Shown in pieces: positions 1 to 8,371 of a stretch of DNA of 62,576 nucleotides; position 1 is the first letter of the stretch, and every line of letters begins with the position of its first letter. The stretch is from Dehalococcoidia bacterium (GTDB lineage: Bacteria > Chloroflexota > Dehalococcoidia > UBA2979). A program made the translations under genes and the position numbers. The notes under the pieces were generated by a model. It ran no database searches. It saw only the letters and a program-made list of their open reading frames with translations, and had not been told where the DNA came from. The DNA is taken from NCBI GenBank assembly GCA_019694855.1, contig JAIBBD010000005.1, positions 1 to 62,576 on the forward strand, given 5' to 3'.

Positions 1-286
1 GGTGGTAGAACTCCCGGCTCCCGCCCTCCACCACCTCGGTCATCCGCATGAACCACTCCCCCGTGGCCGGCTCCGCCATCAACTTCGCGAACGAGGTCTC
101 CCACTCCGCGAGGTTCTCCACCGTGTATTCCGTGATCACCTGGAAGAACGCCCCGCTCGCGTCCGTCAGGATCCGCGCCGACTCCCGGTTCGGTACCCCC
201 GCATTCCGATGAAACTCTCGGAACAGCTCCACCAGCTCATCCCCATGCCCGTACTTCGCCCGAAACGTCTGCCGTACCACCAGCAT
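1..286 (-). CDS. Partial (3' end off window) small alpha/beta-barrel protein, NIPSNAP/ABM-like
   Basis: Absent from the ORF track because it runs off the window edge. The reverse strand from ATG (cat 284-286) reads MLVVRQTFRAKYGHGDELVELFREFHRNAGVPNRESARILTDASGAFFQVITEYTVENLAEWETSFAKLMAEPATGEWFMRMTEVVEGGSREFYH. The text is protein-like with high GC3. The family call is from recollection only. Confidence 0.55.
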   Translation of the reverse strand, partial: MLVVRQTFRAKYGHGDELVELFREFHRNAGVPNRESARILTDASGAFFQVITEYTVENLAEWETSFAKLMAEPATGEWFMRMTEVVEGGSREFYH

Positions 287-403
287 CCCAACACCTCCCC
301 AACCCCGGCCCAAGTAGGCCGGCAGTGTAGCGCACCACAGACCGAGGGCGCCCGCGCCCTTCTCGCCGGAAAACGGCCGGAAGTGTGGCGGAAGAGACAT
401 CCG

Positions 404-934
404 ATGAGAGAACGACGAACGAAGTTCCACCGAGTAGCGAGCTTCCGAGAAGTACGACATCAACTCCCAGCACGCTACCGGCTCGCTTGGTTCCACCACG
501 CGCCGACGCCGCAAAAGCGAGAAGAGGCGGTGGACGCATTCGTCGCACTATTCGACCATGCGGGCTACGAGGAGTGTGACGAATCCGCCTTCGACCCCAA
601 GTACGCACGAATCGCGCTCTAGGTTAAGGGTCGCAAGAAACCAACCCATGCTGCGTTACAAGTCGATGAGATGTACTGGGCGAGCAAGCTGGGCCAGTGG
701 GATGACATCTCACACACTCTACGAGCACTCGAGAGACTCTCATATGGGCGCGCCCGAAAGTCTTTTCGGAAACCGCATACGCGCAAGAAGGATGGCGTCA
801 AGGACATCGAGCTAATCCCGGGAGGCCGATTTCGAAGTGCCATGCGCGCGACTGAATCCATCGCCGGACAAGGTAAACGACCGACTAACGGCATTTCAGG
901 CGTCCGTAAGGCGATACGCGAGTCACGGGAGTGA
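404..934 (+). pseudogene. Small conserved gene of unknown function interrupted by an in-frame TAG at 620-622
   Basis: ORFs 2..622 and 671..934 share one reading frame and are separated only by TAG 620-622. The joined text is ...EEAVDAFVALFDHAGYEECDESAFDPKYARIAL*VKGRKKPTHAALQVDEMYWASKLGQWDDISHTLRALERLSYG.... It matches a recollected family pattern (GYE.C ... KIAL-Y ... PTHAA ... W.SKLG..DI.H ... YG). The N-terminal part (from ATG 404) looks shortened and the true 3' end is unclear. Confidence 0.45.
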
Positions 935-1240
935 ACAGGAAATCCCGGTGACGATTGATAATCGATCTACAACCGACTATCGCCCGGCGAGCTGTGCTCC
1001 TTACGTTGGCCCTCCATCACGGGCATCTATACCCCGTGATTGGATGGAGTCACCGGAGTGCAGAATTCAAGCTCGACCAAGTCGGTCGTTTTCTTAGGCT
1101 GGTTCAGTGCAGCTCAACTCCTAGGCCTCGTCGTGTGAAACGTTGTGCAATGGACTCGGGGCACACCCGTCAAGACGAGATTCACTAGGTCTGGCGCCGT
1201 GGCCGCGATCGTCTCCTTTCGCTTCGGTGACGGGGACCGG

Positions 1241-1813
1241 CTAGGTGCCCCTAGACAGAGCCTCGGCAGGCTCCCCGTCACCACTTCCGTAACGGGCATC
1301 TGCCCGGTTATCGGTATCGTTGGCCGACTCCTCATCCGCCTGTTCGCTCGCGAACTGCGGATCGGCGGGATCGGTCTCGCCAGTCAGCGCGGCAGTCACG
1401 CCTGCGGCTGGCGTTCGACCAGTCTTCTGTCGCACCCGATTGGGATAGCGCTCGGCTAGCCCCCATGACTTATCGGGTAGCTGGATGACGTTCAGCTTCT
1501 TCTGCTCCCTCGAAAGCGCGGTGTAGACCGTGTTGATGAAGTTCTTGGACTCGTGGATCAGCCCGCCCTGCTCCAGTGCGTCGGCGATCTGCGTCGCGCT
1601 CTGTGGCCGCTGCGACATCTTCAAGAACTTGTTGATCGCGTCTGGCACGGTCATATTGAAGAACGTGTCGGACGAGACCGCCGCGCCCACCTCGATACGA
1701 TCATCGACCTTCGCGGGACTCACAAAGCGCTCCAAGCCCTGGATCAGCGCATCGATCTCGTCGCGCTTCTTGCGCAGGTCGGCGAGAACGGAGCCGTAGT
1801 CTGGTGTAGTCAT
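1241..1813 (-). CDS. Hypothetical protein with HARE-HTH-like winged-helix domain and acidic C-terminal tail
   Basis: ORF 1241..1876. The internal ATG at 1811-1813 is preceded by GAGGGGG. The segment MTVPDAINKFLKMSQRPQSATQIADALEQGGLIHESKNFINTVYTALSREQKKLNVIQLPDKSWGLAERYP resembles the HARE-HTH pattern (helix-turn-helix ending ...G.WGL..Y). The region has lower G+C. Confidence 0.6.
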   Translation of the reverse strand: MTTPDYGSVLADLRKKRDEIDALIQGLERFVSPAKVDDRIEVGAAVSSDTFFNMTVPDAINKFLKMSQRPQSATQIADALEQGGLIHESKNFINTVYTALSREQKKLNVIQLPDKSWGLAERYPNRVRQKTGRTPAAGVTAALTGETDPADPQFASEQADEESANDTDNRADARYGSGDGEPAEALSRGT

Positions 1814-2429
1814 CGGTTTGCCCCCTCGGGCTAGGTCGCGGTACGATCCCAGAAGGCAACAAGCGCCGGTCGGCATAACCGACGCTTCGCCGTAGTCTGG
1901 GCTTAGGTGGCTTGAAGTGCGGATCGCGCCGCACAGTGTCCCCTAGATATGCGGATGCCGCCGCGCACGCGGGCTCACTGACGTTTCATGGCCATCATCC
2001 CGTTCTGGCCCCCGTTTACTTCGATGCCGATTCTCAGGTCGGGGCTCGAAGTGGCGGGGGCTCTTCTTACGCCACGGATCGTACGGGCGGCGTCACAAGG
2101 GTGTCAACCTAAACGATGACGCGCACACTCATGCTGCTATCATGTCAGCAGAATCCCCTTACGTAGCAAGGCGTTCTTGGTGTGTCCAGCGCAACAATAG
2201 AACGCCCGTTCAGTGGACACACCTACGCCAACCCGTGCACGGAAGGGGGCTCCCGCCAGCAACTAGCGTGGTGCTATATTCGTTATCGGAACTTAACGGG
2301 CTGGGGGGGAGTCCGATACTTGCAGATCCAGCGCGTCGTGCCCACACTGATGGGGCAGGCGGCGATGCCCCGGCCTTTACGCAGGGGTCTGGCCGCTAGC
2401 CCGTCGCCTGCCTTTAACTCCCCACTCTC

Positions 2430-3194
2430 GTGTACCTCCTCTACGTAGACGAGTCTGACTCGGCCGATCACTTCGTGGTCGGCGGAGTCGCCATCCACGA
2501 ACACGACGTTTGGCGGCTCTCCGAGGCTGTCGAGCGGTTCTGCTCTTCCCTGCCCGAATCAGTCCGACTCGGCGAACTGCACGCCGATCACATCCGCTCG
2601 GGCAAGAAGCGATGGCGTCACCTGCCGAAAACCGAACGGATGCAAGTTGCGCATGAACTGGCAGACTTGCTCATCACGTTTCGCGGCGAGTCGAATCGCC
2701 AACCAGTGCTGTTCGGCTCGTGTGTGCAGAAGTCGTGGTCATACGCTGACCCCGCTGAGCGCGCGTTCGAGGACTTCTTTGCGCGCTGCAATAATTTCCT
2801 GGGGAGGATAGCGGCGCAAGGAGATCGGCACCGCTGCGTAGTCATCGCCGACAAGAGCAAGCTGGAGGCGCGGCTGCAGGAACTGATGGAGGGCTGGAGG
2901 GCGGTCGGGGCCGCGAGCACGGGGAGCGGCCCCATGGCGAGCTACGCTGAAGTGCCGTTGTTCGTGGACAGCGAGGCGAGCCGTCTAATTCAGATGGCCG
3001 ACTTCGTGACTCACTGGATGCACCGCGCGTACATCTGGGACGACCAAGCCATCTTGAGCCGAATTGTCAGCATGTTCGACAACCACAATGGCGTCGTCCA
3101 TGGGCTCTCGCATCTTCATCGAAATCGGTTCACCTGTACCTGCATCGGTTGTACGACTCGGCGACCCGGGCGACTGCCCCGTGCAGCGATGTGA
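2430..3194 (+). CDS. DUF3800-like protein
   Basis: 254-aa ORF with a GTG start. The N-terminus reads MYLLYVDESDSADHFVVGGVAI (Y.DES motif). The C-terminal part reads PLFVDSEASRLIQMADFVTH (S...IQ.AD motif). Both are hallmarks I recall for DUF3800. Confidence 0.7.
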   Translation: MYLLYVDESDSADHFVVGGVAIHEHDVWRLSEAVERFCSSLPESVRLGELHADHIRSGKKRWRHLPKTERMQVAHELADLLITFRGESNRQPVLFGSCVQKSWSYADPAERAFEDFFARCNNFLGRIAAQGDRHRCVVIADKSKLEARLQELMEGWRAVGAASTGSGPMASYAEVPLFVDSEASRLIQMADFVTHWMHRAYIWDDQAILSRIVSMFDNHNGVVHGLSHLHRNRFTCTCIGCTTRRPGRLPRAAM

Positions 3195-3459
3195 TTAGTC
3201 AGGTCTCTTGATCCCGTGGCATTCATCGCGATGGCGGCATTTGTGTGCCTCGCCAATTGCCTTTACCAGTTGAGATTCCGCCTCCCGCGCCCGCTGCCAA
3301 TCCCCCCTCCGACCTCCCCACCACACGCCCTACGCTGAACTCCCGCCCATCGAGGGAGGCCGCCCCATGCCCGCCACCACCGCCCGGCCCCGGACGCACC
3401 CCACCCGCGCACACGCACCGAGGCGTGCCCGGGCCCACCTCCGGCGCGCGCAAAAAACA

Positions 3460-3558
3460 CCCCAAAACGAATGGAACGAAGGAAACGAACCACCGATCGA
3501 ATCTGGCGAGGGCGATTCGTTCCATTCGTTTCGATCCGGCCCGCGGAAACGAATCCCA
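3460..3558 (+). repeat. Copy A of a dispersed ~100-bp palindromic intergenic repeat (MITE/REP-like)
   Basis: ccccaaaacgaatggaacgaaggaaacgaaccaccgatcgaatctggcgagggcgattcgttccattcgtttcgatccgg...ggaaacgaatccc aligns at roughly 85% identity to the reverse complement of 22515-22615. An internal 16-bp inverted repeat pairs aaacgaatggaacgaa (3465-3480) with ttcgttccattcgttt (3516-3531). It lies between convergent 3' ends. Confidence 0.8.
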
Positions 3559-3579
3559 CCCCGTCGAGGGCTCACCCGC

Positions 3580-4353
3580 CTACCGGCGCGGCTCCCAGGA
3601 GAAGTACCGCAACGCCACCACCACCCCGAACGCCCCCCACGCCGCCATCGCCAGCAAGTCCCACGGACGGAACCCAGACCCCGTCTCGAACGGGTTGAAC
3701 GCCGCCTGCAACGCCGAGGACAGATGCACCACCGGGAAGAACTGCGCCACATCGTTCAGCCACCCCGGCGCCGTGTCCTCCCGGATAAACACATCGGAGA
3801 TGAACAGCAGCGGCAGCACGATCCCATTGATCACCGCAGGCGCCGCCTCCGCGTTCGGCACAAAGCCGCTCACCGCGAACGCCAGTGCCGCGAACGTCGC
3901 CGCCCCCACCCCCACGGACACCACGAACGCCGGCATCGTCGAGGTCGGCACATCCACCCCGTAGAACAGCGCGCCCACCGTCACCACGATGGCGATCAGC
4001 ACCAGCGACAGCAGCGTGTTGAACCCGATCCGCCCCGCCAGGTAGGCCCATGGAGGCAGCGGCGTCCCCCGCACCCGCTTCAGCACTCCCTCGTCGCGCA
4101 GGATTGCCAGCGCCATCGCCAGCCCCGTGAAGCACCCGTTCACCACCGATAGCGCCGAAATCCCCGCCACGAAGAACGTCGAGGCCTTCGTCGTCCCCCC
4201 CTCGACGTCGATCGTCTCGTTCCCGAACACCAGGTTGAAGATCACGAGGAAGATCAACGGGAAGAAGAAAGTGAAGAACGCCGCTGGCGGATTCCGCCAG
4301 AATGCCAGCTGCTCATACCGCAGCTGCCGCGCCGCCAGCCGCGCCCCGCTCAC
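3580..4353 (-). CDS. ABC-2 type transporter permease
   Basis: The C-terminal 257 aa of ORF 3580..4785 form a multi-TM protein (LRYEQLAFWRNPPAAFFTFFFPLIFLVIFNLVF...). The GTG start at 4351-4353 overlaps the upstream ATPase stop (GTGA). The upstream part of the ORF is Gly/Arg-rich shadow text. Confidence 0.8.
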   Translation of the reverse strand: MSGARLAARQLRYEQLAFWRNPPAAFFTFFFPLIFLVIFNLVFGNETIDVEGGTTKASTFFVAGISALSVVNGCFTGLAMALAILRDEGVLKRVRGTPLPPWAYLAGRIGFNTLLSLVLIAIVVTVGALFYGVDVPTSTMPAFVVSVGVGAATFAALAFAVSGFVPNAEAAPAVINGIVLPLLFISDVFIREDTAPGWLNDVAQFFPVVHLSSALQAAFNPFETGSGFRPWDLLAMAAWGAFGVVVALRYFSWEPRR

Positions 4354-5336
4354 GAGGCGCGCCCTGACCGCCGCCCAGCCCCGTCCGAGGTCGCCTCGGC
4401 CCCCACGAGCTGCAGGTACACGTCCTCCAGCGAAGGGCGCATCACCGTGAGCTCCGACAGCTCGAGGCTCTGCCCCACCGCCCAGCGCGTCAGCGCGAAC
4501 AACACAGCGGTCGGCGTGGACGTCTCGATGACGACCGAGCCGTCCTCGGAGCGCACCCCCGGCGGCACCAGGTCCGGCCACCCCTGCGCACCCTCCGGCA
4601 ACCGGAAGCGCACCGAGGTCACCGCCTCCTCGCCGCCCATCAGGGCGGTCGGCGGCCCCTCCGCGACCACCTGCCCCCGCGCGATGATCGCCACCCGGTC
4701 CGCGAGGTACTGCGCCTCGTCCATGTAGTGCGTCGTCAGGAAGACCGTCTTCCCGAGTGACCGCAGCCCGCGCACCATCTCCCAAGCCTGCCGCCGCGCG
4801 GACGGGTCGAACCCCGTCGTCGGCTCATCGAGGAACAGCAGGTCCGGGTTCCCGACCAGCCCCACGGCCACATCGAGACGCCGCTGCTGGCCGCCGGAGA
4901 GCCGCTTCACGCGCACCGCGCGCTGCTCCCGCAGCCCCACCACGTCGAGGACGTCCTCCGTCTGCAGCGGATCCGGGAAGTACCCGTGGTACATGTCGAT
5001 CGTCTCCTCGACCGTCAGGTAGCGCTCGACCCCCGTCGACTGCAGCACGATCCCGATGCGTTGCTTGAGGGCCTGCTCGTGCCGCGCCGGGTCGTAGCCG
5101 AGGACGTCCACCTCGCCCGCCGAGCGCTCGCGGTACCCCTCGAGGATCTCGACGGTCGTCGTCTTCCCCGCCCCGTTCGGGCCGAGGAGCGCGAACACCT
5201 CGCCACGCGCCACGTCGAGGTCGATGCCGCGCACCGCCTCGAAGGCGCCATATGTCTTGCGCAGGCCACGCACCCGGATCGCGAGGTCGGAGGTCGAAGA
5301 CAGCGAGGTTCGTGGGGAGGCCGAGGAAGAAGCCAT
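4350..5336 (-). CDS. ABC transporter ATP-binding protein
   Basis: Walker A is GPNGAGKTT, the signature is LSGGQQRRL, and Walker B is LLFLDEPTTGFD. The start is either ATG 5334-5336 or GTG 5352-5354. Confidence 0.9.
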   Translation of the reverse strand: MASSSASPRTSLSSTSDLAIRVRGLRKTYGAFEAVRGIDLDVARGEVFALLGPNGAGKTTTVEILEGYRERSAGEVDVLGYDPARHEQALKQRIGIVLQSTGVERYLTVEETIDMYHGYFPDPLQTEDVLDVVGLREQRAVRVKRLSGGQQRRLDVAVGLVGNPDLLFLDEPTTGFDPSARRQAWEMVRGLRSLGKTVFLTTHYMDEAQYLADRVAIIARGQVVAEGPPTALMGGEEAVTSVRFRLPEGAQGWPDLVPPGVRSEDGSVVIETSTPTAVLFALTRWAVGQSLELSELTVMRPSLEDVYLQLVGAEATSDGAGRRSGRAS

Positions 5337-5369
5337 CGGCCTCGATGGTCGCACCGCCCCCGGCGGCGA

Positions 5370-6077
5370 TCAACGTCGGGCGCCGGGCTCTCGCTCCAGG
5401 GCCGCTTCCCACGCGCCGTGGTGCCGACGAGCCCACTCCCGCCGTACCACACCGCGCGTCATGCCGCGCAGCGACTCGCGCGTCGACGGGTGCAACAGCG
5501 CGAGGTACACGTGCCCCAGCAACACCGGCACGAACACCAGCGCGAGCCGAGTGTGCCAGCGAAAGAGTGGCTCGACCAGCCCGACGGAGAACACTTCTTT
5601 GCTCACGTAGTTCACCCCGAGCACCACGCCAGTGCCGAGCAGCCCCGCGGTCACGACCAGCGACGCAAGCGCGTTGAGCTTTTGCCCGGCATTGAACTTC
5701 CGCACCGGCGGCGGATTCGAGGACTCCCCGGCCAGTCGCAGCCCCTGGTGCTGCAGCCACAGGTAGTCGTCGAGACCCACTTCCGCCAGCTGTCGCGCGT
5801 CACCTCGCACGGCCTTTCGCGGCAACACCGTCACAAGGAGTGCCGCTACGATGCCGAGCATCCCGAACCCGAGCAGGACATGCAGCCATCCGAACAGCCG
5901 CGCCCCGCCGACGTGGATCGCTTTCAGCTCCGGCCAGTAGTTCGTCAGTCCGGTCAGCAGCAGCAACACGAACGGCACCGCGAGCGACCAATGCGCGAGG
6001 CGCGTGCCCGGCCCGAACCGCGCAACCAACGAGGGCTCCTGAGGCGGTGTCGAGGGCGCGTCCGTCCCGGCGCTCAC
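5370..6077 (-). CDS. b-type cytochrome membrane subunit (Ni/Fe-hydrogenase/formate dehydrogenase gamma-type cytochrome b family)
   Basis: RFGPGTRLAHWSLAVPFVLLLLTGL and later His-containing TM helices (FGWLHVLLGF, RWHTRLALVFVPVLLGHVYLALLHP). The GTG start at 6075-6077 overlaps the stop of the Mo-enzyme gene (GTGA). Confidence 0.7.
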   Translation of the reverse strand: MSAGTDAPSTPPQEPSLVARFGPGTRLAHWSLAVPFVLLLLTGLTNYWPELKAIHVGGARLFGWLHVLLGFGMLGIVAALLVTVLPRKAVRGDARQLAEVGLDDYLWLQHQGLRLAGESSNPPPVRKFNAGQKLNALASLVVTAGLLGTGVVLGVNYVSKEVFSVGLVEPLFRWHTRLALVFVPVLLGHVYLALLHPSTRESLRGMTRGVVRREWARRHHGAWEAALEREPGARR

Positions 6078-6688
6078 GCGTTGATGAACGCGTCCATACG
6101 CCAGCCCCGCGCCTCCCAGTACCCCGTGTCCTGATCGTCCACGAACTCGATACGCGTGAGCCACTTAGGCCCCTTGTACCCGAACATGCGCGGCATCACC
6201 AGGCGCAACGGCAGGCCGTGATCCACTCGTAGCGGCTCGCCGTCCATGTCGTATGCCACGAGCGCGTCCGGCAGCCGCGCCTGCTGCATCGACAGCGAGT
6301 CACGATACAGGTCACCCAGCGAGTGGAACGTGACGTACTTGGCGGTCGAGGTCGGCCGGACAAGGTCGATGATGGTCTGCAGCCGGACGCCGTCCCACTG
6401 CACGTCGTCGACCCCCCAGCCCTCGACACAGTGGAAGTCGCTCACCTGCCGAATCGCGGGTAACGCGCGCAACTCGCTATAGGTAAGGGTCAGCGGGCGC
6501 TCGACCATGCCGTCAACGACCAGCCGGTACTCTTCAGGATCGAAGTTCGGCACCGGCTTCTCGACGGTGTTGTACCGCCACCCCTTAATCGCCCGACCCC
6601 ACACGCGAGCACCCCCGTAGCCGAGGAGCGCCCCGCCGCCGATGAGGGTGAGGAATCGGGCTCGGGTGACCGCCTTCGTTCGGTCCAT
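6074..6688 (-). CDS. Molybdopterin-dependent oxidoreductase (sulfite-oxidase/YedY-type Mo domain), N-terminal signal or anchor
   Basis: 204 aa. Contains ...LTLTYSELRALPAIRQVSDFHCVEGWGVDDVQWDGVRL...LVAYDMDGEPLRVDHGLPLRLVMPRMFGYKGPKWLTRIEF. These are typical Oxidored_molyb motifs (CVEGW, G.P.RLV.P...G.K..KWL). Confidence 0.85.
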   Translation of the reverse strand: MDRTKAVTRARFLTLIGGGALLGYGGARVWGRAIKGWRYNTVEKPVPNFDPEEYRLVVDGMVERPLTLTYSELRALPAIRQVSDFHCVEGWGVDDVQWDGVRLQTIIDLVRPTSTAKYVTFHSLGDLYRDSLSMQQARLPDALVAYDMDGEPLRVDHGLPLRLVMPRMFGYKGPKWLTRIEFVDDQDTGYWEARGWRMDAFINA

Positions 6689-6750
6689 GCATCAAGCATA
6701 GACCGCGATATGAGACGACTCGTTACGTTCCTGAACTGAAGGCTCGGCGC

Positions 6751-7539
6751 TTACCCAATGACCTCGAGGACACGCAGCTGAAGTTCCCCGGAGGGAGCAT
6801 TGACGGTCACCTCATCGCCGACGGCGTGGTTGATCACCGCCTTACCGACCGGCGACTCCACGGAGATCTTCCCGTTGGACGGATCCACTTCGTTTGGACT
6901 CACGAGGTGGAACGTCTGCTCACGGTTCATCTTCAGGTTCATCACGCGCACCGTGGAACCGACGTTGGCGCGACCGCCCTTCTGGTCGGGGTCGATGATC
7001 ACCGCGTGCCGCAGCTGGTCTTCGATCGCTCGGATACGCGCCTCGAGGTGCGCCTGTGCATCTCGCGCTGCATCCAGCGGTGCGTTCTCACGAAAGTCCT
7101 TGTCGGCCATCGCGGCGCGGAGTTGCTCAGCGATTTCGGGCCGGCGTCCCTTCAGCTCTTCGAGCTCGCGCTCGAGTGCAGCAAGGCCCTCAATGGTCAC
7201 GTAGTACGCCTTGCCGCCCAGCTCCTCGACTGCCGCGTCTCCTCGGGCGCCGCCGCTCAGGCCGAGGTTCGGCACCAGGTTCTGGTGCGTGAATGCCATC
7301 CGCGAGCAGTAAGCGAGGAAGCCACGCAGGGGCTCAAGGTGCGATGAGCTGCCTACCCGCTCGTGCTCAGCCGCCACGTACGCGTCAATGTCGGCGCCCG
7401 TCAGTGACCCCACCTCGCGCTCCGGGCCGATCTTCTCGACGAAGTGGTCGACCTGGATTCGCTCTTCCTGCGCCTTCTCCGGTTCCAGGCTATTCAGGAA
7501 GTGCGCGGCTGCTTCGGTCGTGGTGATCGCTTCCGCCAT
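6751..7539 (-). CDS. greA: GreA/GreB-family transcription elongation factor with ~110-aa extra N-terminal domain
   Basis: The C-terminal ~150 aa read YYVTIEGLAALERELEELKGRRPEIAEQLRAAMADKDFRENAPLDAARDAQAHLEARIRAIEDQLRHAVII...VGSTVRV...ISVESPVGKAVINHAVGDEVTVNAPSGELQLRVLEV, which is a classic GreA layout. The start is taken at ATG 7537-7539 (MAEAITTTE...). Confidence 0.75.
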   Translation of the reverse strand: MAEAITTTEAAAHFLNSLEPEKAQEERIQVDHFVEKIGPEREVGSLTGADIDAYVAAEHERVGSSSHLEPLRGFLAYCSRMAFTHQNLVPNLGLSGGARGDAAVEELGGKAYYVTIEGLAALERELEELKGRRPEIAEQLRAAMADKDFRENAPLDAARDAQAHLEARIRAIEDQLRHAVIIDPDQKGGRANVGSTVRVMNLKMNREQTFHLVSPNEVDPSNGKISVESPVGKAVINHAVGDEVTVNAPSGELQLRVLEVIG

Positions 7540-7624
7540 CAGGGGCGGCCCTCCGCTCTTGAGGTGTGTGGTGTGCCAGGGCAGGCGTGGTGTTACAAGC
7601 AGTCTAGAAGATTGGCGGCTGTCC

Positions 7625-8371
7625 GTGTCAACCACGCCTTCCTCCCTCGAGTTCCTCCGTTCCGAGGCGTTCCGACTCGGCCTGCAGCTCGACGATGTGG
7701 CGCTCGACCGCTTCGAACGCTACTTGACCCTGCTGCTCGAGTGGCGCGAGCGGGCCGGGCTGACGTCGATCTCCGATCCGCTCACAATTCAGCAGCGCCA
7801 TTTCGTTGAGTCGGTTGCCCTCCTCGTCGCGCTGCGCGGCGGAGGCCTCCTGCACGACGAGGGCGCGAAGATAGCGGACCTGGGGACCGGCGCCGGCTTC
7901 CCAGGCCTCCCGATGCGCATCGTCGATCCCACGCTCCAACTGACCCTGATCGAGTCGAGTAGTCGCCGCTGCCGCTTCCTCGAAACCGTCGTTGACGCGC
8001 TTCACCTCGATGGAGTGGCCGTCATCCAGGCACGTGCCGAGGAGGCTGGCCACGACCCCGTCCTCCGCGCCGGCTTCGACCTGGTCGTCGCGAGGGCCCT
8101 CGCCGCGCTGCCGATCCTCGTTGAGTACGCGCTCCCGCTGCTGCGTGAGGGCGGCATCCTCGCAGCGCCCAAAGGGAGCCGTGGTGCGTCTGAGCTCGAA
8201 GCTGCCGCTGGGGCCATCGCTGCGCTTGGCGGGCAGGCCGAGGGTTCCCTGGCCCTGCCACTGTCTGAAGATGTCCCCCCCCAGCGTGTGTATATGGTGA
8301 GGCGTGTCGGGCGGCTCGACGAACGCTTCCCCCGCCGCCCGGGCGTCCCCTCCCGGCGGCCCCTGCGTTAA
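7625..8371 (+). CDS. rsmG: 16S rRNA (guanine527-N7)-methyltransferase RsmG
   Basis: ...FERYLTLLLEWRERAGLTSISDPLTIQQRHFVESVAL...IADLGTGAGFPGLPMRIV.P.LQLTLIESSSRRCRFLE...ARAEE. These are GidB motifs. A GTG start at 7625 is in frame. The ORF text upstream of it is shadow-like. Confidence 0.85.
   Translation: MSTTPSSLEFLRSEAFRLGLQLDDVALDRFERYLTLLLEWRERAGLTSISDPLTIQQRHFVESVALLVALRGGGLLHDEGAKIADLGTGAGFPGLPMRIVDPTLQLTLIESSSRRCRFLETVVDALHLDGVAVIQARAEEAGHDPVLRAGFDLVVARALAALPILVEYALPLLREGGILAAPKGSRGASELEAAAGAIAALGGQAEGSLALPLSEDVPPQRVYMVRRVGRLDERFPRRPGVPSRRPLR

Noticed and set aside
620-622. Possibility that the two in-frame TAG codons (620-622 and 59127-59129) are recoded, for example as pyrrolysine or by suppression
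   Set aside because: Many well-supported genes in this window terminate at TAG (copA, TetR, the UPF0104-like gene, the DUF4236-TPR gene). No pyl genes or suppressor tRNA are present. Both affected genes sit in eroding accessory DNA, so simple nonsense mutations are more parsimonious.
3345-3354. 10-mer gcccatcgag upstream of repeat copy A, also present upstream of copy B (reverse strand near 22641-22650), considered as evidence for a longer shared mobile unit
   Set aside because: The distance to the repeat core differs (about 110 versus about 45 nt). The reading frames differ, and the intervening sequence does not align. In GC-rich DNA a single 10-mer match is not significant.
3245-4152. Plus-strand ORFs 3245..3964 and 3367..4152 (239 and 261 aa)
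   Set aside because: They are Pro/Arg-rich text overlapping the repeat element and the antisense strand of the ABC-2 permease. The C-rich tract at 3290-3450 keeps the frames open.
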